A program made the translations under genes and the position numbers. The notes under the pieces are model-generated. The model saw nothing but the letters and a program-made list of their open reading frames with translations. It was not told the DNA's origin and ran no database searches. A stretch of 43,991 nt of DNA, counting the filler, from Jimgerdemannia flammicorona (taxonomy: Eukaryota): assembly GCA_003990765.1 (NCBI GenBank). It is 2 parts of 2 records of this genome, joined end to end, with 100 filler letters (N's around TTAATTAATTAA, not from the genome) between each part and the next. Parts side by side here need not be neighbours in the genome. Positions count along the whole stretch, not along the records: positions 1 to 21,949 come from RBNJ01001360.1; positions 22,050 to 43,991 come from RBNJ01001361.1. The stretch is one strand, 5' to 3'. Position 1 is the stretch's first letter; every line of letters begins with the position of its first letter. This document shows, piece after piece, positions 12,108 through 25,468 of the stretch.

Positions 12108-15100
12108 TTTTTTTATAGTCACTCAGACTTAGCCATTTATTACCAGTTTATATATAAATTTACACAATCTCCTCTTACTACCCAATCTCTATAGTGGAAC
12201 CCCCCCCCCCTCACCCACTCTTTTACTCTTAAAAATCACTCTATCACCCATGACCCCAACCCTCCCCCCACTCTGTCCATATATCTTTTCCACCAAATAA
12301 TGCCACTGACCCCCCTGCAATCTCCACCTAAGCCACCAATCCATCAGAGTATCCTTTATCAGCATTTACTATCTCAACAGTCTTACTCCTAAGCCCAGAT
12401 ATCTTCCATCATCAAACATATATAGCTAGTGACCTACTAACCCTACTCATACAGCCAGTACCCACCCCAAAGTAAGCCACTCCCTCCCAACCCCTCCCAC
12501 CAATCTGTCCTACAGATCCTCCCACTGACCCCTCACACCATCCCCCCTCTATACAATATCTAACCTCTCTCCAACTGCTATCCAGAAGTCACTGAGCACC
12601 TCATACTCCCCTAGCCAATATTCAGGCATCTATACCAAACCTCCTTTCTATCCAACATTATGACACTCCTCACAGTCAAAGGATCCCCCTCCCACTAGAT
12701 GGCCAGAGCAAATGTTGAGCATGATATTTCTCCTCAATATGTGCCACCAGACCATCCAATACTTTGGTGATAGCTACTGCTGAACCTCAGCACTCCAGTT
12801 CCAGATTCTGTTCCAGTCTCACTCTTTACCAATACTCACCAACTGCTATCTACTGGGTCACAAATTCTGCCCCAACCCCCACTGACACTCAACCCTATCA
12901 CTAATATTAAAGTCTCTTAGGGGAATACCCCCTAGCAACACTTGGTCCCATCCCACATCACTGGGCCCCAAGGCCTTTCTCTCTCATCTCTCTGCTAACA
13001 AATGCTAATTCAGTATGCCCCATCAGTAACTCCACACCAGAAGCCCTTAAACCACATGTATCTATTGTTTTGAAGCCCAACCAAAGACAGAAGATCTCTC
13101 ATAGAGTCTGTTGGCAAGGTCTTCATCTTCCAGACCTTCTCCAATAGAAAGACCCAGCTGCTGCCCCCCAACTCAATAGCCCTCTTTAGCCACTATGCTC
13201 TCAAGCAGTATAACCTCTTCAGGAAGTCAACCAGCCCAAGTCCCCCTCTAGTCACTGGTAAGGACAGAATTTCTCAGCTAATCTGACTCCTCCTTCCTGC
13301 CCAGATCCACCCCTTGACCAGGTTTAGCAGCCTCTTCACCACCCAGACTGGGAAGACCAGATGATATGTCAGATACCATAGTTTCGGCAGCCAGTAAGTA
13401 TTCAAGATGGAAACATGCCCTGCCAGAGATAGGTGGCAGTCTTCCCAGCTCTGCAGAACCTCTCCCCAGATAACCACTCACTGCTCCCACCAATGTCTTG
13501 ACAGAATGGACCCATACACTAACAGATAGATGTCCAAGTACCTCACCACCTCTCCAGCTAGGACAATTGTTCCAATGACATCCCCCCTCCACCAGGCCAT
13601 TATTCAACACTATTATTTCACACTTGTGCCAGTTGAGTCTAGCCCCAGAGTACACCTCATACCACTCCACAGTCTTCTTAAGTTTCTCAATATCATCAAT
13701 CAAACCCAGGCCAACCCCTATATTATCTGCAAAATTATCAACTTTCCACTCAATGTCATAAACTGAAAGTTCTCCTATTTACCACTGAATCCTATCCATC
13801 AAGAGCTCCAAAGAGGGTGTATACAAAATGGAGGACAGAAGGTCCCCCTGGGGCACACCTCTACCCAGAGAGAATGGCACCCCTCAATGCCTATTATACA
13901 TGAGTACAGCCCTGCTCTCTTCTAGTAGGCTGACCATTACCCCTCAGAACTATTAAGAGACTCTAATCCTGTCAAGTACCTTTGCCAACCAGACTCTCCA
14001 AACACAGTCAAATGTCTTCTCCTGATCCAAGAAGATCAGGCACTCATCTAATCCACAGGTCCATGACTCTTCAATAACACTATGGACCCAAGCTGTACTA
14101 TCCCAAATAAGTTAGCCTCTGACAAATCCCTGCTGCTCTACCCCTAAGACCTGTTGGGCCACCTTCTGCAACCTCACTACTACAACCTTAGTTATCAACT
14201 TTCTGTCTATATCCAGTAGCATAATTGGCCTCCAGTTCTTCCAGTTCTCCCTCCTACTCTTGTTCTTATACAGCAGTATCACCAGTCTCAGATTCTGCTC
14301 CCCTACCTATCTCTCAGTCTGCAGTACCAAGTCACAGAGAGCCCTCAGCTCTCTCAGCACACTAGGGACATCCACCATCTTCTTTCAGAAATCTCAGAGT
14401 AGGCCATCCTTACCTGGTGCCATCTCCAGTACAGTTGTGGCAAGAATCTGGTAAATCTCCTCCTCCAGCACTAGCATTACCAGGTCACCCAGCCCTTCTG
14501 CTGGAGGTGGGTACCAATCCTCTAATACAATACCAATGGTGGCATCTTCTGTCCCACCATCCTCCTCACTCTACAAGCCACTCTACTGCTCCTTCAGTGA
14601 TCTGAGAATGTCTTGTATACTATGCACCAATGTCTCCTCCAAATCAATAACTCCCTCCTACCTCTGCTAAACCCTCCTTACTCAAAGGACTCTTGTGAGA
14701 AACTTAAAGGACCTCTCACCTTCCTCCAGCCTCTACCAATGTAGCCATACTGCTATACTCTCTACCTGTGCTTCTTCCTCCTTCTGTAATACCAGTTGTA
14801 GCTCCATAACTATCTTTCTCACTCTTAGCAGTCTTCAATCCTCTACCCTCTCCAGAGCAAACAGATCTGCCCAATCTTCCAACAGCCTTGTCAATCTAGC
14901 AGAGGCCCACAACCTCTTCTTCCTTCTCTATCTCCCAACTACTGTACCTGCCTCCCTCCAATAGACCCTAGCAATCTCCTTCAGCCATATATATCTATTG
15001 CCAACTGAGGCACCTTCTCATATCCACCCCTTGACCCTCTGCTGAATATCTGCAGCCTACTTGTCCCACAGTATCTTATTGTCTAACAAGAAGGAGTTGA

Positions 15101-17877
15101 GATGCTAATGTCCTGATCCATCCCCACTCTCCCCAAAATGGCCCTGTCCCAGCAGTCCCCAATGATTAGATAACAGACACTATTCTGCCTCCAGGGACCT
15201 CCAAACATCCAAAGCCCAGCAGTCCACCATCAAAATCCAGTCAATCCTTGTCCCTAGGCCACTTGCCCAATATGTATACACCCTTCTGTCACTCCACAGC
15301 TCCCTGCTAGTATCCACGAAAGCACTCAGCCTCTTTACTTCCTCCTATGTCTCCAAGCCTCCACTACTCCCTACTGTCCCCCACTCTCCATCAGTTCTAT
15401 CCACCAGTGTATCTCTAACTATATTAAAGTCCCCACTAAGCACATTCACTCCAGCCTCTACCAGTGGCCCTTCCTCCAAGAGCCTCTTCACCCACTCTAC
15501 ACACTCACTCCACACCACAGGATAGTAGCAGGATCCCACTGTAACTGGTTTCTGACCAGTTCGAATCCACTTACCCCAAACCAATCTGTCTTCCCCGTTC
15601 TGTACATCATGTATCCCCCCTCTCCTTCTGACCAGAATTCCAACCTTGTCTTTTCAAATCACCTCTCCTCTCCATTTCTTCATCCATTCCAGTTTATTCA
15701 AATCATCCTTACACCTGACATCCTGCAAAAGAAACTGATTGGCCTCCAATCTTTTCAGCTAAGCAAAAATATATCCTCTACTGCTCCATATATATCTCAT
15801 CCTGTGCCAGGTCCAGACCATGTTCCACATCTTCCTCCTCCTCTTCAGTCCTCTTAGCCTCCAATCTAATCAGAAGTTCCTTGAGCTTCCCATTCTTCTT
15901 CTTCTTGAATTTTTTGTGATATTTCAGGCAGGCCTTCTGTCAGATCTGCAATCCATGCCACGCTGCCCAATAGAAAGCCCTCTCACTAGCAACAACTGCC
16001 AGTCTAGCCTCTCCCTTCTATTCAACCTCATAACCTTCCTCCTCTAGGAAAACTACAAAGATCTCTGCCATCAGTGCCTCCACCACTCTCTCACCCTGTA
16101 GGATATACACCCAATACAAATCACTCATCACTCACAGGTCCACCTCTCCCAACTCCTCCACTGCAAAGTTGTTCATTATCTTACTAATTTATAATAAATT
16201 TTCCACCTCCATTCCCCCAGAAGTTGCTGGCTGCCCTCCATCTAGCATTGATATATTAGTCCCAGTACTTGCAGTCTTATCCCACCTCTCCTCCTGAACA
16301 TCCACCAGTTCATCCTCACCCACTGCCACCATCTGCTCTCCCTTTACTACCTCAGGAACTCCAAAGTATACTCTCTGGACTCCCTGCATGTATACATCTT
16401 CTGCCACCCTACCCCTCAAAGCTGGACCTCATCTAATAAGTTGTGTAGGGGTTAGAGATGGCATTCAGACTCAAAGGTACCATCTGTATAAGGGTTACTA
16501 CTCTTTGCCTCCTCTCCTCCTCCTGGTCCCTTCTCTGCATTCCCTCCCTCCTTGCCAGCCCAAATACTCTCCTTGGCTTCCCCTATGATTTCAATGCCAC
16601 CAGCATCCTCCTTTACTCTATTTTCCAGTTTCACCAACAGCTCCCTCTGTCTCTTGTATCCTTGGAATCTCTCTCACCACCTCTTATCCACCTGAATCCT
16701 CTTTCCATCCACTATTTCCAAATGCATTGACTTGACATACACCTTCTAAGCCTTAGCCCTCCTCTCTATAGCTCTGCTCAGCTCTTCCAGCACCTCCAGC
16801 AGATCCTCTTCCTCCTCCTTACTCCCCTTCACCTTCATCACCTTACACAAGAAAGCCCCCCAGATCATCACTAAGGGCCAGTCTCTTATCTTCTCAGTAG
16901 CTTTCTTCTCTGCCAACCAAACTCAAACATCAATATCCCCAGTTCTGAATGAGGTCTCCTCCCAGACCTGGAACCCAACATCTATTATCTCACCATACTT
17001 GGCCAGGACTTCCTCAACTCTCCTCCTCTTCTCCTCAGCAGTCACCATAGGCACTCCCTTTACCAGTAATTGCATTACTCTGGGGTCTCACCTCAAGCAG
17101 TGTACCATCAGAACACACACCTCTCTAACTATCAACTCTACCTTCAGTGCCTCCTTCAATAGTCCAGCCTCCTCAAAGCTAACCTCTACTCCTTCCAATC
17201 TCTTCACAAACTTCATGGATGCTACTTCTACCAACTGCTTCACAATCAGCCCCAGGACCATTTTTGCCATCACCACTAAGCCCCAGAGGTGACTGCAAAC
17301 TCTGAGATAGACTTCTTGAGTAATTGTGCCACCACCAGCACATTATATCATCCACCAGATTGCTAGGCCTCATGCCTTTCCTACTGCTCAGTCTACTATC
17401 AATAGTTCCATCTAGATTTTTTTCCTAATTACCCATCATGCTCTCATCAGCAGTCACTCCCTCAGCCCCTATACTACCAGCCCCACTACTCTGGCCCCCC
17501 AGAGAGACTCCTCCTTGAGGCTGCTGTCCTGCAGCCTTCATTGTCTCCTTGCCTCTCCTCAGGTAGCCCTCCAGCTTAGCTCTCTGCTGACCCCCCTTCA
17601 TCTTGTCTGCAAAGCTCACCCTCCTAGTCCTCTGACCTCCAGCACCACCCCCTCTCTGACCACATCCTCCCACCAGCAGACCCCTCATGCTTCCTCCCAA
17701 GCCAGGGCTCCTCCCTACATACTGCCAGTTGAATTCACCCAGACCACTCTGCCCAGTATACATCTTGGAATACTCAATAGTTGCTATGATACTAGTAGTT
17801 TTTCTTCAGAAACAGTATTGAAAGTGTTGTCAAAAGATTGTTAAACCTGAATGTTACTAGAGAAAGGACTGAAACTG
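12108..17877 (-). mobile_element. Near full-length L1/Tx1-like LINE (ORF1, APE endonuclease, RT), inactivated
   Basis: APE motifs VLSGDFN, RIDWIL (~15150-15600); RT motifs KNWRPIMLL, FLDQEKTFD, GVPQGDLLS, ADN (13730-14250); A7 tail at 12108-12114; degenerate ~14-bp TSD 12094-12107/17878-17891. Confidence 0.85.
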
Positions 17878-19160
17878 GGGAATTATATTGCTTTGTCATA
17901 TGTATTTTACTTATCAGATATTGCAATATATATATATTCAAATACTTCAGCATAGCTCATATGGTTCTATCATTGCTATCTAGGGCTTACTGGTACATTT
18001 CAATAACTTTCTAAATCAGAATGAGTTCTTAGTGAATGTTGGAGTATTTTTGTATATATTTACCCTTTATGAAGAATCTCTCATTACTGGAGATTTCATA
18101 GTTATCTTCATCTTTAATCTCTGTTATTCTTGGCATAAGTAATTCTAGTATAGGAATATATAGTAGTTGAAAATAATTTTGATTGCTGGAGAGATTGATG
18201 ACAGTTGTTACTTTATTTGCTATATTAATGCTATCAGATATATAAATATAGAGGTCTTAACTAGTATATCTATATAGATCTGCAAACCATTTTCTCTCTT
18301 TTCACAAAACTATATATTATATAATATATCTATATACTACTTACATAGATTCCAGAGTCTATATGCTATGCCAAAATACTTAAGAAATATATTCTTACTG
18401 GCTTTCAGTTTGCATTTATACTGCTTGATATTACTCTTATTGAGAACATATATCTTGCAACTAAATATTCATAGATGGGATATATCAGGCTTAGTTCTGC
18501 TCTATAATTCTTTAGGAATGAGATCATTATCTCTATACTTGTTATTGTTACTGCAATTCTTGCTTAGTATCTGAGAAATATATTAATTACAGATATATAT
18601 ATACTACTGTATTAATGACTTTAACCTAATAAGAATATGATAATCTAGCTATATTAATTATCATTCAAGTTATTTTAATAATTATATAGTTAAATTGCTT
18701 TGTCATACCATTCTGCTAAAGTATAGAGAGCTGTCATTTAATAGAATATATTATATTTCACAGAAACTACCTGAATATATTATCAATATATTCATATCTA
18801 TTATCTCATCAAATAATACATACTCTATGTTCTATGTTATTCTCACTGATTATTTTGAATTGTTGAATTTTTCAAAGACTTGGCTCTTTGCCAATAAGAA
18901 ATATAATATACTTTATATATATAATTATTGATAAATATGATGAAATACTATTTTCCAGAGTATAATAATATATACATAGAACCACATATATTAGTATAGA
19001 TAAGATCCTGGATTCCTGATATATGTTTTAATTATTCTATAAATAGATATTAGGATGCTTTATTTGCTATATAATCCTTATAGAAGAAATGGTTTCTAGA
19101 GTATATATTTGATAGTAATCTGCTGACAGATTCACTTCTTAACATATATTTGAGGCTTGT

Positions 19161-19165
<5 letters not shown>
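17878..19165 (-). pseudogene. Ty1/Copia remnant, integrase side (continuation of the disrupted Copia)
   Basis: Rejoins 12107 at the IN-RT linker (..TYDKA./.FPDSEK.K..); very decayed integrase-like sequence upstream. Confidence 0.55.
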
Positions 19166-19214
<49 letters not shown>

Positions 19215-21666
19215 TATGAAATGAGTAGAGAATAGAGGAATAGTTTAGAGTGAGATGTGATAATGTTACAGTGGATATGAAGATTGGTGGTAAAGGTCAA
19301 GCAGTTAAAATAATAAGCTTATGTGAATTTTCATTATGGAATAAGCGGAATAAAGTATTTTCTGAAGCAAGATGCAATAGATCTGCAACCCACTCTCAGT
19401 ACCACAATACATGGTGGTCTTTATTCAATTTTAAGAACAAAGTTTGAGTAAACAAAGACATAGATCTAACCCCAGAATTCCGGAATCAGACAGGTGCATA
19501 AGTACCTGGACCTTGCTCCGATCTAAACAAAATGTCTGAATCGGGCTTTATTGATCTATACACATAATGGGCCATTAAAAACCCAATATAGAAACAATCG
19601 GGAAAAGGTACTGGTCATGTGATCTAATGTTTCACAATCAATAAACAATGCCAAAAATGGAACTAGACCAGTGATGTATCACATATCATCACATGATTAT
19701 CTCTTATAGATTTAAAACCCTAAAAATCATTGGCACCCAAAGGTGCAGGTATCATGCCTAGAGCCTTGCAACCAGAGTGGAGTAGAGCCTCGGAGCCACA
19801 GCAAGCAAAGCGAGCAGAGGTAGACAGGTGTCACAGAGTATAGGTATGTAGGCATCAGGCCTAGAGCCTCATGCCAGAGGTTGTCTAGCAATTTTTCATG
19901 TTTTTAAATATTGCACAGCATGTACGGGCAGTGTGGCCTTCAAGGAGGACTTAGAGCAAAGCTGGTATTTGAGACAGCATTAAGAATGGTAAAACCATTC
20001 TTCTGGGTGATGATTGGTCATCAGACAGTTGCAGGAAAACCAAAATGAAACAAAATGGTACATAGAGTCTTATTGGGCTGTTGATGTAGCCATTGGGCTA
20101 TATTGTGTTGAATAACAAGCAATAGAGGAGGAAAAGCAGAGTGGGGAATGGGGGGGTGGAAAATAAGGAGAGGTGTGAGAAGTGAAGTTCGAACCTCAAG
20201 TCAGTCAACCAAACTCAATTGAGCAGTTACAACATCAACAGGGTATCCTTTCCTGTGAACCAGGAACTCAGCCAAGGACTGACACTCATCAAGCCAGTCA
20301 TGGTGAGATGAGCAGAGTAGTGAAAGGCAGTGGGCCTCATTCACAATACATAGATGCCGTGTCTTCCTAGGATAATTGCTCAACCAGTCAACAAACTGAG
20401 TACTATGTGGGAATTTGGCAAAGTGGCCTATGCGGAATGGTGCAACTCAGATTTCCAGGTCTAAGTAATGGCATGGTACAGTGGATAAGACTTCTCATTC
20501 AATGTGATGGTGCAGAGAATACACAACACCAAAGATTGAGGCCAAGTCCATGATTGCAGGCATCAAGATGATAAGATCATCAATATACTGGCAGAATGTT
20601 AGCCCAGCAGCAATGGCTCAGCTGAGCAGATGATTGGGTGCTTGTAAGACATGCAATTCATGAGCAAAACCAATAAGATTGGTAAGATCTGGAGCACAAT
20701 TAGTGCCTATAGCAATATCAGTCATAGAGCAGAAGGAACTGATGGTAGATGTGAACATTGTATGAGTCATGACTATACAGACAAGGCCGAGGATGGCATC
20801 AAGTGGCAAAGAGCCAGGGGGGAAAAGGCCACTATTGACAAGAAGGTGAGGCAGTTGATGCACTCATCTAAAATGATCCTAGTGTAGAAGGTGGCAAAAT
20901 CCCCAGTAGCAATGTAGCTATAATCTACCATGTCTAGATAATCTGATTGAACCAACTGAAGCAGTTCTAATATATCATGTAAAGTTAAATAGCATGAGTA
21001 ATCCACATTATGGTGCAGATGGACTGACTACAGGTGGAGAAAGCAAGATAGGAAATGTGAAATCTCAGTCATGGGAGAGTTAAAAGCACCTATGATTGAG
21101 TGCCATGCCACATGTGCCCCTTTGTATACCTTGGGCAGCACATGAAACATAGGTAACTTATAATTATTGGGCTCCATAAGGTGTTCCCAAATTGGCATAC
21201 AACTCTGGTCACCAACACAAAACTCAAGTAGACCCAGTAGGTCTAGCCTCACTGATTCCTTTACATCATCAATTGTAGAGAAATCATTCATGTATGCAGG
21301 ATCATGAAGAAGGAACTAAAGACTGTCTAGATACAGAGCACACGGAATAATAGTGAACCCCAGATTTTTGTTGGTAAGACAGACAGTAAAGTCATCATGA
21401 GTGCAGATGCCTTTAAGATGACAATGGAACTTCTTTGGTACAAGCGTGCCAGACACATTCATTGTGGGTCAGACTGCTTGATTCAACACAGCACTCATAT
21501 GAAGCATAATTTGCATATTTTCCATACAATGTGGTGGTTGCCATTTAGATGGCATCCAGACATAGATCTCTGGGATGTTATCAGGATTACCCATAGAGGT
21601 CCAGAAGGTGGCAAGGTTGAGATGCCATTGGAATGACAACAATGAAATCAGGTCTATGGTACTGTT
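19166..21666 (-). mobile_element. Penelope-like retroelement remnant (RT, no visible GIY-YIG), 5'-truncated, adjacent to 47-nt poly(A)
   Basis: PLE-type RT motifs: PSKWQPP, NKNLG, FHVLPKVYK, TGDFATFYT, IAIGTNCAPDLTNL, QYIDDL, YLDLEI (20300-21600); T47 at 19166-19212. Confidence 0.75.
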
Positions 21667-21949
21667 TAGTGCTCCGAACAAGTCAATCCGGATGGGATTC
21701 GGATGGATTCGAATCCCATCCGGATGGATTCGAATCGGATTCGAATCGGATTCGAATCAACCATTGTTTTGATTTCCAAATTAGACAATTAAATGTTTAC
21801 ATCAATAACTTGATGAATAATCATCCAAACTTGATGATCTTGGTGTCATTTGAAAGCCCTTAATAAGGCCTTTCTAATGATACTAAGAACATTAATATCG
21901 GATTACGTGTTGCCGAGATATTAAGGAAAACGTTCCATTTGACGAAATT
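21667..21949. mobile_element. Terminus of a young DNA-transposon/MITE-like repeat with GATTCGAATC subterminal repeats (cut by contig end)
   Basis: Starts TAGTGCTCC; four palindromic GATTCGAATC units 21706-21758; 17-bp-arm hairpin 21846-21880; CpG-rich; superfamily (hAT-like) is a guess. Confidence 0.5.
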
Positions 21950-22049
21950 NNNNNNNNNNNNNNNNNNNNNNNNNNNNNNNNNNNNNNNNNNNNTTAATTA
22001 ATTAANNNNNNNNNNNNNNNNNNNNNNNNNNNNNNNNNNNNNNNNNNNN
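21950..22049. other. Artificial contig linker N44-TTAATTAATTAA-N44
   Basis: Exactly 100 bp, symmetric; the 12-mer has stops in all six frames. Confidence 0.97.
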
Positions 22050-22545
22050 TTTTTTTTCATAAAAAATTAAAAATAAATAACTTAAATATAAAAAATATTA
22101 TATATTTATATATTATAATAATAAACTTAGAGATATATTCTTTTTTTAATATAGTTTTATAATAATCTTTTGATTTATATATTATTTTATATTTTAAAAT
22201 ATAAAATTTATTTTTGAACTATATTATTATTTTTATAGATTTAATATTTTTAAAATTATATTTATAATAAAGAAATTACTAAAATATTTAAATATATAAT
22301 ATTAGTTCAATTTATATTAAGTTAATATTTTTATTAAAGATAGATAAATATCTTTTAAAATATATTTAAAAATACTTTTATATAAATAAATAATATAATT
22401 TTATTACTATTTATCTTTTAATAATTATTACTTATTTTATATAAAAAATAAAAGATTATATAAAATTTATAAAATTTATTATTTCTAGTAAATTTTATAA
22501 ATATAGTACTAAATATTATTATTATTTCTTGTATCTCTTTAAATA

Positions 22546-22815
22546 TATCTCTTTATCTGTTTCATTCTTATATTTAGAGATAAGATTTTAAAAGTTCATA
22601 TCTTTTAAAATTATAATAGTCTTTAAATAAAAAAATTACTTATAATTTTTTATATAATAATTCTATCTTGGTAAAAATATTTCAAAAAAAATTTTTTTTT
22701 TTTTTTTTAATATATATTTAATAGAAAAATAATATTTTAGAAAATTATTTTTTCAAACTTTAATTTATCTGCTAAATAATTTTAAAAGATGATCTTATCT
22801 ATAGTCAAAGAGATA
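22546..22815. mobile_element. Decayed MITE-like element, copy 1
   Basis: Imperfect TIR TATCTCTTT.../...AGTCAAAGAGATA; direct repeat of 23264-23544. Confidence 0.6.
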
Positions 22816-23263
22816 GTATTTAAATTAAATTAAATTAAGATTAAATTAATTTAAGTTTTAATTATAATCTTAATTTTCAAAATTTAATAACTTTATAAAA
22901 ATATATCTAAATTTAATAAATTTTAACTTATTAAATTTATTAAAATAACTTAATATATTAGTATATAATTTTATAATATTCTATAAATTTTATATTATTT
23001 ATTAAGTAATATATAAAATATATAATCTATATGAGTTTAATAAAAATATCTTTAATACTATAAATATTATAAGTTCTATTAGTATTCAGTAGCTATAATA
23101 TCTCTAATATATACTATACTATATATATTATACTATAATAAGTCAAGATCAGACTAATAATATAAATATACTAATTATGAGTATTTCAGCAATAGCAGAA
23201 GCAGTCTCTATTACAACTATAGATATAACTAGCATAGATATAGAAGACTCTATATAATTAATA

Positions 23264-23544
23264 TATCTCTTTGACTGTTTTGCACCTATATTTAGAGGCA
23301 ATATTTTAAAAGTTTATAACTTTTAAAATTATAATAGCTTTTAAAAAAAAATTTACCAATAATTTTTTATATAATAATTCTATCTTTGGTAAAAATTTTA
23401 TAAAAAAAAATATATATATATTTTTAAATAAATTGAGATATATTTTTAACAGAAAAACAATGTTTCAAAAAATCATTTTTTTCAAACTTTAATTTGTCTG
23501 CTAAATGATTTTAAAAGATGATCTTATCTATAGTCAAAAGGATA
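23264..23544. mobile_element. Decayed MITE-like element, copy 2
   Basis: TATCTCTTTGACT...AGTCAAAAGGATA; internal sequence shared with copy 1 (TTTTAAAAGATGATCTTATCTATAGTCAAA). Confidence 0.6.
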
Positions 23545-24479
23545 TAGATATCTATATTAAATTAATTTTTTCTGAAATTACAGCTATTCTATCTATAAAT
23601 AAAGCCTAAAGAGTATATTTACACCTATATCAATTATATCAATAATTTAGTAAATTAAGTGAATTTTCTCAGTATATTTGTAGATTATATTAATAATAAA
23701 GATAAAGTCATTATACTTATAAGAGAGCTCCTAAATATATATAATATAGTAGTAATAGCTATATATAAGAGCAGAAGACTTATAGACTATACCTATATAA
23801 TTATAAGCCTTATGAATAAGAAAATATATCTAGGAAATACTAATAAAGAAAATGATAAAAGAGTGTTATAAATATCCTATAGATATAGTAGTAGCAAATA
23901 AGATTAAAGCTAATATAGTCAATAAACTAAGACTAAAAAGAGTAAATCCAAACTCAAAATTAATATAATTATAGCCAGTAAGATAAGTTTGAGAGCTATT
24001 ACAGATACTATAGCTAGTATAAATATAAGAAAAGTAATTATTATCATAGAGAAAATAAGATAAAGATAGTACAAAAAATAAGTATAGAAAGAGTAATCAA
24101 TATATAAATAAATGAGAAAATAGTAAAAAAAATATAATAATATAAATATTGCAAAAAATGATAATAATAGTGATTTATTCTTTACTCAAGCAATATCTTT
24201 ATAAATAGATAATAATAATATAATTACAAAAACTACCATTAGTACTAGTTCTACTAGTATAAGATCTATAAGTAGTTCTATTACCAAATCTAGTAACAAC
24301 TGGTTATCTATAACTGGTTGAAAAAATACTTTTAGATTAATAAAAAGTAGTAATATCAGTATCTTCTGTAGTATGAGAACTATTAATATCTTCAATAGTT
24401 TTAATGATAAATTAAAATTATTTTATACTGTTTTATATTTCTGAGTCTAAGAAACTCAGAATATATAATAGAAATCAAA

Positions 24480-24884
24480 GATAAGAATGATACTGTTGAG
24501 AGGAGAATAGGTACTATTGATATAGAGTATCTGAGAGACAAGTTTCTCTCCTAGAGATTTCTTTAGTAATTTTCTATCTATGGTTGAATTGTGAGATAAT
24601 AGAAACCTATAATACTAGATATTCTGATAGAGAGTAGTAGAGGATACTCACTATATAGACTTATACTGATATAGTGATGAGGATAAAGCCCAATAGAGTT
24701 CTATAAGATAGAGATAAGATGGGCTTCTTTTGGATAATATACTACTAATTGACTTTAATATTGTTAAAGGTGTCAAGTATCAGTAGAGGGTAGATCAGAA
24801 TCTGTAGCTAGTAGATTGCAGATAGTAGATATTGATAAGACTTAAGACTGGGCTGGAGTCTGATCTTAGAGTATTGCTATATAG
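24480..24884 (+). mobile_element. LINE 3' fragment, left of Gypsy B insertion
   Basis: Aligns with ~42920-43335 (CTAATTGACTT(T/C)AATATT); continues at 31591; left boundary approximate. Confidence 0.65.
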
Positions 24885-25348
24885 TGTGACAGCTGATCCG
24901 AATTAGTAACATGAAATAGGGGAATTAGACATTTGATCACAGTACCTAAATCTGATTCCCAATATAGTATAGCCACATAAATAGCAGTCATATTCTGCAA
25001 AGTACAGAAACTTTAACATTTGCAAAGATTTAGGAGATGTTAGAATCTTTGCAATCAGTGAAATCTTAGCAAATGTTAAAAGATTCAGTACTTGTGAAAT
25101 GAGCCATTACTTAGCCACCTTATAGCTAGCAAACTTGTATAAATAACCCAGCATCTTAGAATGAATAAACCTCAGATCAAAATAGTTCAAAGCAAAGAGA
25201 TAGCAAAGGAACTAGTAAGTCTGTGGACAGATATACTTCGAATTCATCCACCCCTGCATCCCAAGGACTCCGAGGAGTCAGAGAAGATCAAGTATTTAAG
25301 ATATAGAAATCTGACATACTTTCAAGAGTAAGTGTCCACTATGTTACA
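24885..25348 (+). repeat. 5' LTR of Gypsy B
   Basis: TGTGACAG...TGTTACA; TATAAATA at 25138, AATAAA at 25164. Confidence 0.93.
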
Positions 25349-25468
25349 ACTTGGTGCCCATTGGCTGGTGATTCAAGATGAATCTCTCACTTTCAAGCTG
25401 AATAACGAACAACCACCACTACCCAAGCAACCACACAAACCGAGCCACAATACCCAGACAAAATAGAT

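Noticed and set aside
20010..20045. Hammerhead ribozyme near the PLE (CTGATGA on minus strand)
   Set aside because: No properly spaced GAAA or supporting stems visible
21686..21760. CRISPR-like array
   Set aside because: Units are 10-11 bp and nearly adjacent with no unique spacers; no cas genes; eukaryotic TE context
21994..22005. TTAATTAATTAA palindrome in the N-run as a biological site
   Set aside because: Symmetric 100-bp six-frame-stop linker; assembly artefact. For the same reason the inverted A/B arrangement and the inverted match of 1-289 with 38938-39226 are not evidence of one large inverted-repeat element
25352..25369. Assigning the PBS to a specific tRNA
   Set aside because: TGGTGCCC resembles Lys-type TGGCGCCC after CpG decay but cannot be fixed without the host tRNA set
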